In this document: positions 24,471-37,875 of the stretch, piece after piece
Layout of the letters: the number at the start of each line of letters is the position of its first letter
Numbering within the stretch: position 1 is the first letter of the stretch
Source of the DNA: Malacoraja senta
Taxonomy: Eukaryota
Direction of reading: 5' to 3'
DNA: 64,000 bases
Assembly (NCBI GenBank): GCA_038087875.1
Contig: CM075990.1
Location: forward strand, 3,226,001-3,290,000
The notes under the pieces: model-generated
The model's input: the letters and a program-made list of their open reading frames with translations, nothing else
What the model was told of the DNA's origin: nothing
Database searches by the model: none
Program-made: the position numbers and the translations under genes

Positions 24471-26146
24471 GGCATTCCAGAGATGCTGCCTGTCCCGCTG
24501 AGTTTCTCCAACATTGTGTGTCTACCCTTGAGGGGTCTGCTTTGCATTGGGTGCTCTTTCATCTCACCGCTCACCTCTGATGTTCCTCCTCCCGTAGAAG
24601 TGGCTCTGTAACATCAGCACCCGAAGCCATTGGAGAATGTCAGATACACGTGCGCTGGTGGTGATCTTCAGGTCCTGGTATCTGTAGGCTTTGGACATTC
24701 GAGATACAGCCATTCGGAAACAAGCCATTCGGCCCACCGAGTCCGCACCGTCCAGCGATCACCCCCTCACTAGCACTATGCTACCCGCTAGGGAATATTT
24801 ATAATTTTACAGAAGCCAATTAACCAACAAACCTGAACATAGCCAGAAACTGCTGGAGCAACTCAGCGGGTCAGGCGGCATCTCTGGAGAGAAGCAATAG
24901 GTGATGTTTCGAGTCGAGACCCTTAAAATCACCTATTACCTTTCTCTAGAGATGCTGCCAGACCCGCTGAGTTACTGCACCAATTTGTGTCTATCTTCGG
25001 TGTAAACCAGCATCTGCAGTTCCTTCCTACTCATTTAACCTACGCGGTCACACGGAGAACGTACAAACTCTGTATCGACGGAAACCGTAGTCAGGATCGA
25101 ACCTGGGTCTCTGGCGCTGTAAGGCAGAAGCTCTACCTCTGCGCCACTCTGCCAAGCCACCAGAAGGATGGCATTAAGCTGGAAAGGGTGAAGAAGTAAT
25201 TAATGACGATGTTACCGTGATGGGAGAATGCGAGGTATAACGAGAGACATTTTCCCCAGTGTAGGTGGCTGATGGGTGACCTTATGTGTATGAAATCATG
25301 AGGGCCCCCCCGAGTAGGAGAGTCCAAAACTAGAAGGTGTAGAATTCTGAGAAGTGAAAACATTAAAAGACACCTGAGAAACAAGGTATTCACACAGACT
25401 GGTAGGTAGATGGAACAAGATACCAGAGGAAGCAACAGAGATGGAGCAGCATGGTCAGGTAGCATTAGAGTCGCTGCCTTACAACGCTGAAGACCTGGGT
25501 TTGACCTTGACAATGGGTGCTGTCTGTCCGGAGCTTGCATGTTCTCCCTGTGACTGTGTGGGCTTTCTTCGGGTGCTCCGGTTTCGTCCCACACACCAAA
25601 GACGTGCAGGTGCGTAGGCGAACTGGCTTCTGCAACTCGTAAATTGTCCCTAGTGTGAGGGATCGTGTGAGTGTACAGGGTGATCGCTGGCGTGGGTTTT
25701 CTCCCGGGTGCACTGGTTTCCTGCCAGACCCCAAAGACATTCAGGTCAAAAGGTTAATTGGCTTGGGTAAAGATTGTAAATTGTCCCTCGTGTAATTATG
25801 GTGTTAATGTTAAGGGATCGTTGGTCAGAATGGAATCCATGGGCCGATGGGCCTGTTTCACCGCTGTATCTCCAAACTAAAACTAAATGAAAGATGGGTA
25901 CCAAATGCAATATTTAAATGACATTTAAATGGGGACATGCACAGAAAAGATGTTAAGAGACATGAGCCCACAATGCAAGCAAGTGGTACTAGCTTGAATG
26001 GACGTCCAGGTTGCAATGTACAGGTTGAGTCAAAGTGCCTGCTTCCATGCTGTATAACACTATGACCATGACTCCCCTTTACTTTCATCATGACCTTGTT
26101 ATTTCTCAGATTCAAGTGCATGTCCAAATGTGGGAAAGATTTTAGA

Positions 26147-26780
26147 TTCTCCATAATGTTTTGGGACAAAGACCAATCATGTATTAATTTGCCTCTGTAC
26201 TCCACAACTTGAGACTTGCAATAGAAAAATATCACATGTGGCCAAAGTGCACACTGTCAAACCCAAATAAAGGCCTCCATACATTTTGGTTTCATCATGC
26301 AGAAACCACGGCCATTTCCACACATAGTCCCCCCATTTCAGGGCACCATAATGTTTGGGACACATGGCTTCACAGGTGTTTGTAATTGCTCAGGTGTGTT
26401 TAAATGCCTCCTTAATGCAGGTATAAGAGAGCTCTCAGCGCATAATCTTTCCTTCAGTCTTTCCATCACCTTTGGAAACTTTTATTGCTGTTTATCAACA
26501 TGAGGACCAAAGTTGTGCCAATGAAGTCAAAGAAGCCATTATGAGACTGAGAAACAAGAATAAAACTGTTTGAGACATCAGCCAAACCATAGGCTTACCA
26601 AAATCAACTGTTTGGAACATCATTAAGAAGAAAGAAAGCACTGGTGAGCTTTCTAATCACAAAGGGACTGGCAGGCCAAGGAAGACCTCCACCGCTGATG
26701 ACAGAAGAATTCTCTCTATAATGAAGAACAATCCCCAAACACCTGTCGGACAGATCAGAAACACTCTTCAGGAGTGCTTC
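26147..26780 (+). mobile_element. Tc1 transposon left arm plus decayed transposase N-terminus
   Basis: CCATAATGTTT(T)GGGACA direct repeats at ~26151 and ~26346 (IR/DR type); from ATG 26500, KEAIMRL...KSTVWNIIKK...GRPRKT...DDRRI with a frameshift and a stop. Confidence 0.88.
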
Positions 26781-27839
26781 AGGAATGAAACCTTCTATTG
26801 CAAGGTTGCCAAAACAGTAAACAAATAATACTATGAAGTCTGGAGAAGTGTCCCGACCCAAACCGTCACCTATCCACATTCTCCAGAGATGCTGCCTGGC
26901 CCTCTGAGTTACTCCAGCATCTTGCGCCTTTTTCTATGAAGCGTAACGACTAGAATCACGGGTTAGGGCATCACCCGGTGGGAGACAGACCAGTTTCGAG
27001 CCCTTATATTGCCACTCAATGCCCCCTCTGCAACTGTAATTCAATGTCTTACACGAATGAGATCATATATCATAGAGTCGTAGAGTCACGCAGCGTGGAA
27101 AAAGGCCCCTCGGCCCAACTTGCCCACACCCACCAACATGTCCCATCTACACTAGTCCCACCTGCCTGCATTTGGCCCATATCCCGCTAAACCTGTCCTA
27201 TCCATGTACCTGTCTAAATGTTTCTTAAACGTTGTGATGGTACCTGCCTCAACTATCTCCTCCGGCAACTCGTTCCATACACCCACCACCCTATGTGTAA
27301 AATAGTCACCACTCAGGTTCCTATTAATTCATTGCCCCCTTCACATTAAACCTAGGTTGTCTGGTTCTTGATTCCCCTACTCTGGGCAAGAGACTGTGCA
27401 TTTATCTGATCTATTCCTCTCATGATTTTGTACGCACTCGTGATGTTGTACATATGGAGAACATCGGACTGTTGGAAAGTGTGTACAGCGAGAGTATTGT
27501 CACTGGAATCATTACACTGAGGAATACACTTTATTTATCCTGGGATAAATAAGGTTCTATCTTATCGTATCGTATCATATCGAATGCAACTGGGCGAGTG
27601 TTGGTCATGATGTGATTGATACTGAAATGCATACGTGCAGATGGAGTGTTATCACTGGACGTCTAATACTGATGGAATGGCATGTATAAGGAGAATGTTG
27701 TCTACATAGAAGCCTGTATAATGGGGAAGACACAAAATGCTGGAGTAACTCAGCGGGACAGGCAGCATCTCTGGAGAGAAGGAATGGGTGACGTTTTCGG
27801 TCGAGACTCTTCTTCAGACTGTGTGGCAGGGCAAGTATG

Positions 27840-28143
27840 TTTAGAGATACAGCGCGGAAACAGGCCCTTCGGCCCACCGAGTCCACGCCGACCAGCGATC
27901 ACCCAGGCACGAGTTCTATGCCTACACAGGAGTGGGGAATTTACAGAAGCCATTAACCTACAAGCCTGCACATCTCTCTCTCTCTCTCGAGTGTGGGAGG
28001 AAACCAGAGCAGCTGGAGAAAACCCACCCGGTTACAGAGGAAACGTGCAAACTCCGTACAGACAGCACCTGTGGTCAGGATCGAACCCGGGTCTCTGGCG
28101 CGCTGTGAGATAGTAGTTCTACTTCTGTGCCACTGTACCACCC
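27840..28143 (-). mobile_element. HE1-like V-SINE
   Basis: Antisense full copy. Confidence 0.85.
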
Positions 28144-28811
28144 AAGGGTGGCTTAAAGTCACATAATCAGAGAGAGATACAGCATGGAAGAAGGCCCTTA
28201 AGGTGGACATTCTGGATTACTAATGGGTGTCAGGGGTTATGGGGAGAAGGCAGGAGAATGGTGTTGAGAGTGGAAGATAGATCAGCCATGATTGAATAGA
28301 CTCGATGGGCCGAATGCCTAATTCTGCCTCCTGTAACTTATGAAGTTATGATTCCAACCAGTGGATGGTTCTCCTTCTGATTCTTATCGACTCCTGTTTA
28401 ACGAGGGCCACAATTCCCCCTCCCATACGCAGAGATCCTTAAGACAATTAAGGCATCGCATGTGTGACCTCCAAGCTCCTCCACTGTCTGGACCGAACCC
28501 ATCAGAGCATTCACACATTAGTCATTCAGCCATGGAGCAAGTTAAAGAATAGGGTGGCATGGTGGCACAGCGGTAGAGTTGCTGCCTTGTAGCGTTTGCA
28601 GTGCCCAGAGATCAGGGTTCGACCCCCACTATCCAGTAGGAAAATCAAACACAAGAGGGCATACATTTAAGTGAAATGGGCAAAATTAATATGAGAAAAT
28701 TGAACGCGAAAATGTAATTACCAACCTGTCGGGCAGCTTTTTCACTGTGAGGTTGGTGTGTATATGGGACGAGCTGCCAGAGAAGTAGTTGAGGTAGCTA
28801 CTATAGCTTTG

Positions 28812-29165
28812 TTTTAAAGGTCAAAATAGACTTTATTCGAGAAATAAATATATACATACATGATCCTTACAAAACTCCATCCGATATTCTCGGAGGCTGT
28901 AAATACATTCAATAGTTTCCCCAAATCACTATTTTTACCCCACACCCTTGCCACACATGTGGGCCCACTGGCGTGAAATCCCTTCCCTTATTTTGAGGGG
29001 CGTCTCCACCACACACCCCCCCCCCCCCCGTGTCCAGCAGCGGAAGGACCCTAGACTGTGGCCCTCCCCCACAGAGCCTTGGCGTGGCTGCACCAAGCTT
29101 CAGTGCGTCCCTCAGCACGTACTCGTGCAGCCTGCAGCGGGCCAGTCGGCAACATTCCACGACTA
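28812..29165 (-). mobile_element. Tx1/L1-clade LINE 3' end inserted in a CR1 3' fragment
   Basis: ECCRLARCRLHEYVLRDALKLGAA C-terminus; AATAAA near the 3' end; flanking CTACTATA repeats. Confidence 0.75.
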
Positions 29166-29267
29166 TATTCCTACTATAACACCATTTAAAAGATCCCTGG
29201 GCGGGTGCATGGATATGAAAGATTCAGAGGAATATGTGCTAAATGCAGGGAAATGGGACTACATTTA

Positions 29268-29580
29268 GGGCGGCACGGTGGCGCTGCGGTAGAGTTGCGG
29301 CTTTATGGCGCTTAGAGTGCCAGAGACCCGGGTTCGATCACGACCATGGGTACTGTCTGTACGGAGTTTGCACGTTCTTCCCCGCGACCGCGTGGGTTTT
29401 CCTCCGAGATCTTCGGTCTCCTCCCACACTCCAAAGACGTACAGATTGTCGGCGATTTCAATGTAAAAAAAAGTGCCGGATAGTGCTAGCGTGTGGGGAT
29501 CGCTGGTCGGCGCGGACTCAGTGGGCCAAAGGGCCTCTTTATGTGCTGTACCTCTGAAACTAAACTAAACTAAACTAAAA
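29268..29580 (+). mobile_element. HE1-like V-SINE
   Basis: Full copy with (CTAAA)n tail. Confidence 0.88.
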
Positions 29581-30404
29581 ACTTCAACATTGAAGCAAAA
29601 AGTCTATTGGATTAATATCCCTGATGTATGTGTAGGGAGTTAAAAGCTGCCAACAGAACCAAGCTGGCTGCCACTATTACCATCCAGCATTAAGTATATT
29701 TCAAGTATCATTAAAATTCCTCAGCCTTTGCAAAATAGTCTAAATTGCATCTTTAAAAAGTTGATGAGAATGAACATCGCAGGCAGTTTTTACAGGACCC
29801 ATAAAAATTGGTAGCTGCATTACTTGCTGTATTCGCCTCCACGCAGAATAATGCTCCAATTAGTCGACTTCTGTTTTATTTCAAGGCAGAATATGTGCCT
29901 TTGTTGAAAATGAGTTATGACTGTTTCTGAGTTCCACAAGATGGCATGTGTATCTATTTAATTGGGAAACAGTTGTGAATAATTCTTTGTTTGAACAGTT
30001 AAAGCGCCTCTGTTAGCAAGTGATGGTAATCAGATTATCGATTGGAATTAACATAAATGAGTGCTGTGTTTTTTTTTTAGTCTTCTGCTTCTTGTACTTG
30101 CAGTGAGAATCATAACAGTTTACATGCTTCTGGTTAACCCTATTGCCCCGTTTAGCAGCGAAAAAGAAAGAATTTGCAATAATGCAATGCCGATCACAAC
30201 ATCAATATGTTCCGAAGTGCCACAGGGCCAATTAAGTATTTGTGAAGTGTTCTAATGAGGGTTATTTCGGGGAGGGAATGGTAATTTCAACACACGGCAA
30301 GATCACACAAAAACTGAATGAAGAGAATTGAATGAACTGAGGAGGTAGTTGAGACTGGGGACTATCCCAACGTTTAAGAAACAGTTAGACAGGTACATGG
30401 ATAG

Positions 30405-30903
30405 CTGATCTACATCGGTGAGACCAAGCGGAGGCTTGGCGATCGTTTCGCCGAACACCTCCGTCCGTCCGCATTAACCAACTTAACCTCCCGGTGGCTC
30501 AGCACTTCAACTCCCCCTCCCATTCCGTATCTGACCTCTCTGTCCTGGGTCTCCTCCATGGCCACAGCGAGCAACACCGTAAATTGGAGGAAATGCACCT
30601 CATATTCCGCTTGGGCAGTCTTCATCCTGGGGGCTTGAACATTGAATTCTCCCAATTCTGCTAGCCCTTGCTGTCCCCTCCCTTCATCAGCCCTCTGGTT
30701 GTCTCCTCCCTCCCCCAGCCCTCGGCTCCTCCTCCGCCTTTTTCCTTTTTTCCTTTCTTCTCCCCACCCCCTATCAGTCTGAAGAAGGGTTTCGGCCCGA
30801 AACGTTGCCTATTTCCTTCGCTCCATAGATGCTGCTGCACCCGCTGAGTTTCTCCAGCATTTTGTGTACCTTCGATTTTCAGCATCTGCAGTTCCTTCTT
30901 TAA
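30405..30903 (+). mobile_element. 5'-truncated Penelope/Poseidon element: GIY-YIG endonuclease C-terminus, 3' UTR and hammerhead
   Basis: LIYIGETKRRLGDRFAEHL/SVR...PVAQHFN...RKLEE...HPGGLNIEF* (30405-30664, one frameshift); core at 30779-30806; TSD TACATGGATAG 30394-30404 / 30904-30914. Confidence 0.93.
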
Positions 30904-31601
30904 TACATGGATAGGGCAGGTTTGGAGGGACATGGACCAAGCGCAGGCAAGTGGGACTAGTGTAGCTGGGACATGTTGGCTGGTGTGGGCAAGTTGGGCT
31001 GAAGGGCCTGTTTCCACACTGTATCGCTCTATGACTATAATAATGGTGACCCCTAACGTCATACACTATATTCCTTTTCTGCAGAGATGCTGTCTGACCC
31101 GCTGCGTTACTCCAGCTTTTGTGTCTATCTTCGAAACTATCAATCAGTCTGACTTTAGACTTTAGAGATACAGCGTGGAAACAGGCCCTTCGGCCCATCG
31201 AGCCCACGCCGACCATCGATCGTCACACACCAGTTCTATCCTACTCCCTTGGGACAATTTACAGAAGCCAATTAAGCTACAAACCGGCACGTCTTTGGAG
31301 TGTGGAAGGAAACCACACGCGTGGTCACGGGGGAGAGCATACAAACTCCATACAAACAGCACCTCTAGTCAAAATCAAACCCAGGTCTCTGGTGCTGTAA
31401 GGCAGCAACTCCAAGTTCATTCATTATAGCAGCAAAATTAGGCCATTCGGCCCATCAGGTCTACTCCGCCATTCAGTAATGTCTGATCCATCTTTCCATC
31501 TTAACCCCAGTCTCCTGCCTTCTACCCATAATCCCTGACACCCGCACTGATCAAGAATCTGTCAATCTCCACTTTAAAATTAATGATTTGGCCTCGACTG
31601 C

Positions 31602-31989
31602 GTAGTAGGCCCCTCTCGGTCATGACTGACCATGGGTGATGCATCCTAGTTTGCAGGTGATGTGTGGTCGGATGCAAGCCTGGGCGATGTCATATGGAGG
31701 ACAGGCTGTTGCCCATGCAGCACGTCCCCCCCCTCTCCACGTCGCTGATCGATCCAAAGGAACAGCAGGGCCGTTACAGTTTGGCACCAGCACCGTCGCA
31801 GGAGCTGCCAGAGCGGGGTTGTAGACAACGACGAACTGTCTCACGGGCTCCGACTCTGGATTTTCTTGAGGTTTACTCCAGGAGCCTTTTCCAAGACTGG
31901 ATACGGCCACAAGGCAGTGGAGGTTTTAAATCAGAGTTTTCCCTCTCCTAGGTGGACTGCCTTCCCCAGGCTGACGAGCCCCATCTGCC
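31602..31989 (-). mobile_element. Short non-coding RTE-related element inserted in a CR1 3' end
   Basis: 5' GGCAGATGGGGCTCGTCAGCC...CTAGGAGAGGGAAAACTCTGATTTAAAACC resembles RTE 5' UTRs; 3' stem plus (TAC)n tail. Confidence 0.6.
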
Positions 31990-32202
31990 GTCTATGGCAA
32001 TGAATTCCACAGATTCGCCACCCTCTGACTAAAGACTACTGTGCTGCCCGCACAGCTTGGTGATGTTGGTCGTGAGATGAATCTATTTTCCGGAGAGCGG
32101 GCCAAGGCTTTAAGGTGAGAGAGGAGGAAAGTTGAGAGGAGATTATCATGGCAAGTCTTTTACACAGAGAGTGGTGGGTGCCTGGAACGCACTGCCAGAG
32201 GA

Positions 32203-32503
32203 GTTTAGAGAAACAGTGCAGAAAACAGACCCTACGGCCCACCGAGTCCGCACCGACCAGCGATCCCTGCACATTAACACTATCCAACACACACTGGGGA
32301 TCATTTACCTGTACATTTACGCCAAGCCAATTAACCTACACACCTTTACATCTTTGGAGTGTGGGAGGAAGCTGAAGATCCCGGAGAAAACCCACGCAGG
32401 TCACGGGGAGAGGGTACAAACTCCGTACAGACAGCACCCGTAGTCGGGATCAAACCCGGGTCTCTGGCGCTGTAAGCGCTGCAAGGCAGCAACTCTACCG
32501 TGC
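32203..32503 (-). mobile_element. HE1-like V-SINE
   Basis: Antisense copy. Confidence 0.88.
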
Positions 32504-33234
32504 CAGATGAGGTGGAAGCAGATCCGATGTCAATGCTTAAAGACATTTCGGCAGACGCACGGGTGGATAGGAAATTGAGGGATAGTAGAACAAGGAACTG
32601 CAGGTCCGGCTTACTAAAAAAAGACACAAAGTGCCGGAGGCTCAGACAGCATCTCTGGAGAACATGGACAAGGAACAAGGAACTGCAGATATTGGCATAC
32701 AAAAGGAAAGACACCAAGTGCTGGAGTAACTTCAGGCGGCCGCATCTCTGGAGAACATGGATAGGGCAACATGGAACTTCTTCTTCTTTTCGTGTCCATT
32801 GTTACAAATGTTGGCCTCGCTGTCATCGTCCGTCCTGAAAAGGACGCAAGCTTCTGGCGACGATCAGATGAAGCCATCACTAGTCGCTATGGATGATGGT
32901 GGTAGCAGAATTAGCTCAGGATACTTCCGGTTTCCAGCCCCGCGACGTGGACGCTTCTGCTGTGGGGCCAACAAGGAACTGCAGATGTTGGTTTACAAAA
33001 AAAAAGACACAAAGTGCTGGATTAACTCAATGGGTCATGCAAGAACCAGGATCCTTTGAGGGATATAGGCCATATGTAGGCAGGCACGCAGCTTAAAATG
33101 GCATCTTGGTCAGCACAGACATTGTTGGTCGAAGGGCCTTTCCCTGTGCTGTACTCTTTCACGTTCTAGGTCCAATTGGGACAGTTTTTCCCTTCCCAGA
33201 CACAGGAGCACCTACTTCCCCTCTGTTATCAGAC

Positions 33235-33556
33235 AGCACAGCAGCTCAGCGGTAGAGTTGCTGCCTCACAGGGCCTGCGGCCCAGCTTCGATCCTGACTA
33301 CGGGCGCTGTCTGTGCGGAGTTTGTACCTTCTCCCCGTGACCACGTGCATTTTCTCCGGGTGCTCCGGTTGCCTCCCACACTCCAAAGGCGTGCGGGTTT
33401 GTAGGTTAATTGGCTTTGGTATAAATGTAAATTGTCCCTAATGTGTGAAGGGGGAGTGTTAGTATGCGGGGATCGCTGGTCCGTGCAGACTCGGTGGGCA
33501 GAAGGGCCTGTTTCCACGCTGTATCTCTAAAGTAAACTAGGCTAAACTAAACTAAA
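33235..33556 (+). mobile_element. HE1-like V-SINE
   Basis: Head, V-domain, tail. Confidence 0.88.
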
Positions 33557-34867
33557 GCCATGAAGAGATACAGCACGGAAGCACCTCCTTTGACCATCGA
33601 CTGTTAAGCTGTGCATATCTTTTTCTATGACTCTATGACTCTTTAAGTATTGTATCCACGTAAGGCCATATAGTCATAAGACCTAGGAGCAGAATGAGAC
33701 CATTCGGCCCATCGAGTCTACTCCGCCATTCAATCATGGCTGATCTATCTCTCCCTCTCAGCCCCATTCTCCTGCCTTCCCCCGTAAACTTTGATGCCCG
33801 TACTAATCAAGAACGCATCACTATCACTATCCCATTGTGAGGCAGCACATTTCATAACGGAACGCAAAGCCTTTGAGGATGGATTGGGTAAAGAACCATT
33901 GGAATGTCCAGGCTGTGGGGCTACAATAATGTGGACAAAGTTGAGTTGAGTTGAGTTTAGTTTATTGCCACATGTACCGAGGTCCAGTGAAAAGCTTTTG
34001 TTGCTAACCAGTCAGCGGAAAGGCAATACATGATTCAATCGAGCTGCCCACAGTGTACAGATACAGGATAGAGGGATTAACGTGTATAATGTTTAGTGTA
34101 AGATAAATTCCGATCAAAGATAGTCCGAGGGTCTCCAGTGAGATAGATAGTAGTTCAGGACCGATCTCTGGTTGTGGCAGGATGGTTCAGTTGCCTGGGT
34201 GGAAACTGCCCCTGAATCTGGAGGTGTGCGTTTTCACACTTCTGTACCTCTTGCCTGATGGGAGAGGGGAGAAGAGGGAGTGACCAGGGTGCGATTCATC
34301 CTTGATTATGCTGCTGGCCTTGCCGAGGTCTATTGGTTCTTGGAGTGGAACAGGCCCATCAAAGATTTGAAAATCAAACAAAAAAATACAGAAGCTGGAA
34401 ATCTGTAATAAAAAATGAAAATGCTGAAAACATTCATCGGGAAACAGAGATGATGTCTCTTCAAAGTTCGAATAAATGAGCTGTGGTCTAAGACGTTAAC
34501 GCTTGTTATCGTTCCACAGATTGACCCACTGAGTATTATTTATTTATTTTATTTATTTTTTAACTCAGAGAAAATCTGTGGTTTAACATTATAAATGGTG
34601 AAGATAGACACAAAGTGCTTGAGTAACTCAGCAGGCCTGGCAGGTCTCACTGGAGAAAAAGGTTGCAGGGCGTTTTGGGTCGAGACCCTTCTTCTGACTT
34701 GAAAAAGGTGAGGTGGGTTAACTGAGCAGAAGTTGTTGTTATGGATGATTGTAAAATTTTGGATAGCATGGCAGAATCCTATAATTCTATGGGGCATCTT
34801 GTCCGACATGGGCAAGTTGGGCTGAAGGGCCTGTTTCCATGCAGTGTGATTCTATGATCTTATGCTT

Positions 34868-35439
34868 ACGCGGCCTTGTCGGCTTCAGGTGCTGCGGACG
34901 CCTGCGGGAAATCGGCCGTTCCAGCCGTAGTTACGGCCTCCGGTGAGGGATGCGGCCGTTCCAGGTGGCCCAGCTGCTGGAGGACTCTCCCGACGCCGGG
35001 GCTACATCACCCGGCGAGAACGGCCAGGATCATCGGGCCTTCGTAGAGGCAATAGCGGGGGCTTCATTTGGCCTGACTTTTTTGGGGTGAACTGGGGCTG
35101 GGGACTGGACATTGTGCCTTCCCCCACAATGGAATCATTGTGGGGGGATGATTTTTGTATGTAATTGTTTGTAATTGTATTTGTTAGTCTGTGTTCAAGA
35201 TGGCGGTCGGAGGGGAGAGTGGACGCTGGCGTTAAATTGCCGCTGCTCTCTCCTCAAATTGTGCTTCTGATTTTCTTTTTTTGTGTTTTTGGAAGGAATT
35301 CTGTCCCTGATTTATGTATTGGTCTTTATAACCTATTTTTTTTAAATTCTGATTATATGTTTTCTATAAATCTCTGTATGGTGTCCTTGAGACCTCGGTA
35401 TAAGGCGCCCGTAAATAAAATCCATTATTATTATTATTA
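34868..35439 (+). mobile_element. 5'-truncated GC-rich non-autonomous element with L2-like tail
   Basis: Homologous to 51595-52127; tail AAGGCGCCCGTAAATAAAATCC(ATT)n. Confidence 0.75.
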
Positions 35440-35944
35440 GGTGGGACATCTTAGTCAGCATGGATGAGTTGGGCCGAAGGGCCTGTTTCCAGGCAACATG
35501 ATCCTATGACTCTACGCTTAGATGGGGGATCTTGGTTGGCATGGCCGAGTTGGGCCGAAGGGCCAGTATGAATCTATGATTCTCGAAGTGATTCAGATTG
35601 GAAATTCACTGCCTGAGAGAAGCAGAGATCTTCACAGGCAATTGAGTAAAGGGAAAAGATGAAGGGATTGCAGGGTATGAGAAAGGTGCGGGTAGACAAT
35701 AGACAATAGGTGCAGGAGTAGGCCATTTGGCCCTTCGAGCCAGCACTGCCATTCAATGTGATCATGGCTGATTACTGTATTACTGGATTACTCCACAATG
35801 AACTAAGCAACTTCATCCTAAAGAAAACCCCGACATCATTTAACTGGTCAGAATACAGTGGATTAACCACTAAATCTCTATTAGTTATTTTGTGCATTCT
35901 TCTTCATGAAGGCACTTCTGAAGTTTGAATTCTCAAGAGAGGAC

Positions 35945-36445
35945 TTTAGACTTTAGACTTTAGACTTTAGAGATACAGGCCCTTCGGCCCACTGAGTCTG
36001 CGCTGGCCAGTGATCACCCCGTACACGAACACTGTCCTATGGACTACGGACAATTTTACAACATACCAAAGCCAATTAGCCTACAAACACTGTACATCTG
36101 CCTCAGAGGGCGGTGGAGGCCGGTTCTCTGGATGCTTTCAAGAGAGAGCTAGATTGGGCTCTTAAAGATAGCGGAGTCAGGGGATATGGGGAGAAGGCAG
36201 GAACGGAGTACTGATTGGGGATGATCAGCCATGAACACATTGAATGGCGGTGCTGTCTCGAAGGGCCGAATGGCCTACTCCTGCACCTATTGTCTATTGT
36301 CTATTGTCTTTGGAGTGTGGGAGGAAACCGGGGCATTTGGAGAAAACCCACGCAGGTCACTGGGGGGACATACAAACTCCATAGTCAGGATTGAACCCGG
36401 GTCCCTGGCGCTGCAAGGTGGCAAATCTACCGCTGCACCACCTGG
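35945..36445 (-). mobile_element. V-SINE interrupted by a sense CR1 3' end (36098-36308)
   Basis: Collinear SINE halves; (CTATTGT)n CR1 tail. Confidence 0.85.
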
Positions 36446-37224
36446 AGAGGCAGAAGACGTGGCTCGACCCGAAAAGTCACCCATTCCTTCTCTCCAGAGT
36501 TGCTGCCTGTTCCGCTGAGTTACTCCACCATTCTGTGTCTACCTTCGGTGTAAACCAGCATCTGCAGTTCCTTGTTTCGACATACCAAGGGGTTACGGGG
36601 ATGAGAAAGTGGTCTCAGGTATGAATCCCTCTCCAGAACTTTGAACGGGTACTTTAGCTCTTATGCATCGCCTGCGCAGTTCTAACGGTCTCAGCCCACT
36701 GTTCACTTCCATGGCATGGCGGGTTTGATTTACACTGCTAAGTGCTCAAGCACGAAACATGTGGCACTCCATTTCCCTGTAATGTTCTGAATCAGATGGC
36801 ACTTTGGCACCATCTGTTTATTTCCTGAGATTGGAGGGAAAGTGCGCAGATTCGATTCAACTTTGTGAAGACGCAGACTCCAGTTTGAAATTTCCCAAGG
36901 AATTTTTCCGCACAAGAAAAACACAGTGGATGTGAGAAAATTGCATCGGTAGTTACCAATTTTGGACGTTATATGGTCAATATTCTGTTCAGCTTCATTC
37001 TGGCACGCAGGGCCTGAATCATAATTGCTTCAGCAATTATCTTTACACACACATATTTTTCTAATATCCTCGTGGGCAAGGCTCAAAGCCAGGGAAACAG
37101 AAGTATGAAATTATCCCCTGGTAGTCAGTGATTGCTACAGATCGTGCCTATCATTAAATGGATGCTCCTGAAGTGTTCTTCCTGACTCCTGTATAATGTA
37201 CATACAGTGTTAATCTCAAGGCTT

Positions 37225-37875
37225 GTAGAGTCTCATAGAGTCATAGAGTGATGCAGTGGGGAAACAGGCCCTTCGGCCCAACTTGCACACACCGGCTAAC
37301 ATGTCCCATCTACACTAGTCCCACCTGCCAGCATTTGGTCCATATCCCTCCAAACATGTCCTATCCATGTACCTAGTATGTAGTAAAAAAGAACTGCAGA
37401 TGCTGGTAAAATCAAAGGGAGACACAAAATGCTGGAGTAACTCAGCGGGACAGGCAGCATCTCTGGAGAGAAGGAATGGGTGACGTTTCGGGTCGAGATC
37501 CTTCTTCCGACTTCTTTGTGTCTACTCTGTCCATGTACCTGTCTAACTGCTTCTTAAATGTTGGGATAGACCCTGCCTCAACTACCTCCTCTGGCAGCTT
37601 GTTCCATACACCCACCACCCTCTGTGTGAAAAGGTTACCTATTAAATCTTTTCCCCTTCACCTTAAACCTATGTCCTCTGGTCCTCGATTCACCTACTCT
37701 GGGCAAGAGACTCTGTGCATCTACCCGATCTATTCCTCTCATCATTTTATACACCTCAATGAGATCACCCCTCATCCTCCTGCGCTGCAAGGAATAGAGT
37801 CCCAGCCGAGTCAACCTCTCCCTGTAGCTCACACCCTAAAGTCCTGCCAACATCCTCGTAAATCTTCTCTGTGCC
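37225..37875 (-). mobile_element. CR1 3' fragment containing a Penelope-derived insert (37375-37526)
   Basis: MSYRERLTRLGLYSL...RTRGHRFKV; insert TSD CT(A/G)TCCATGTACCT. Confidence 0.88.
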
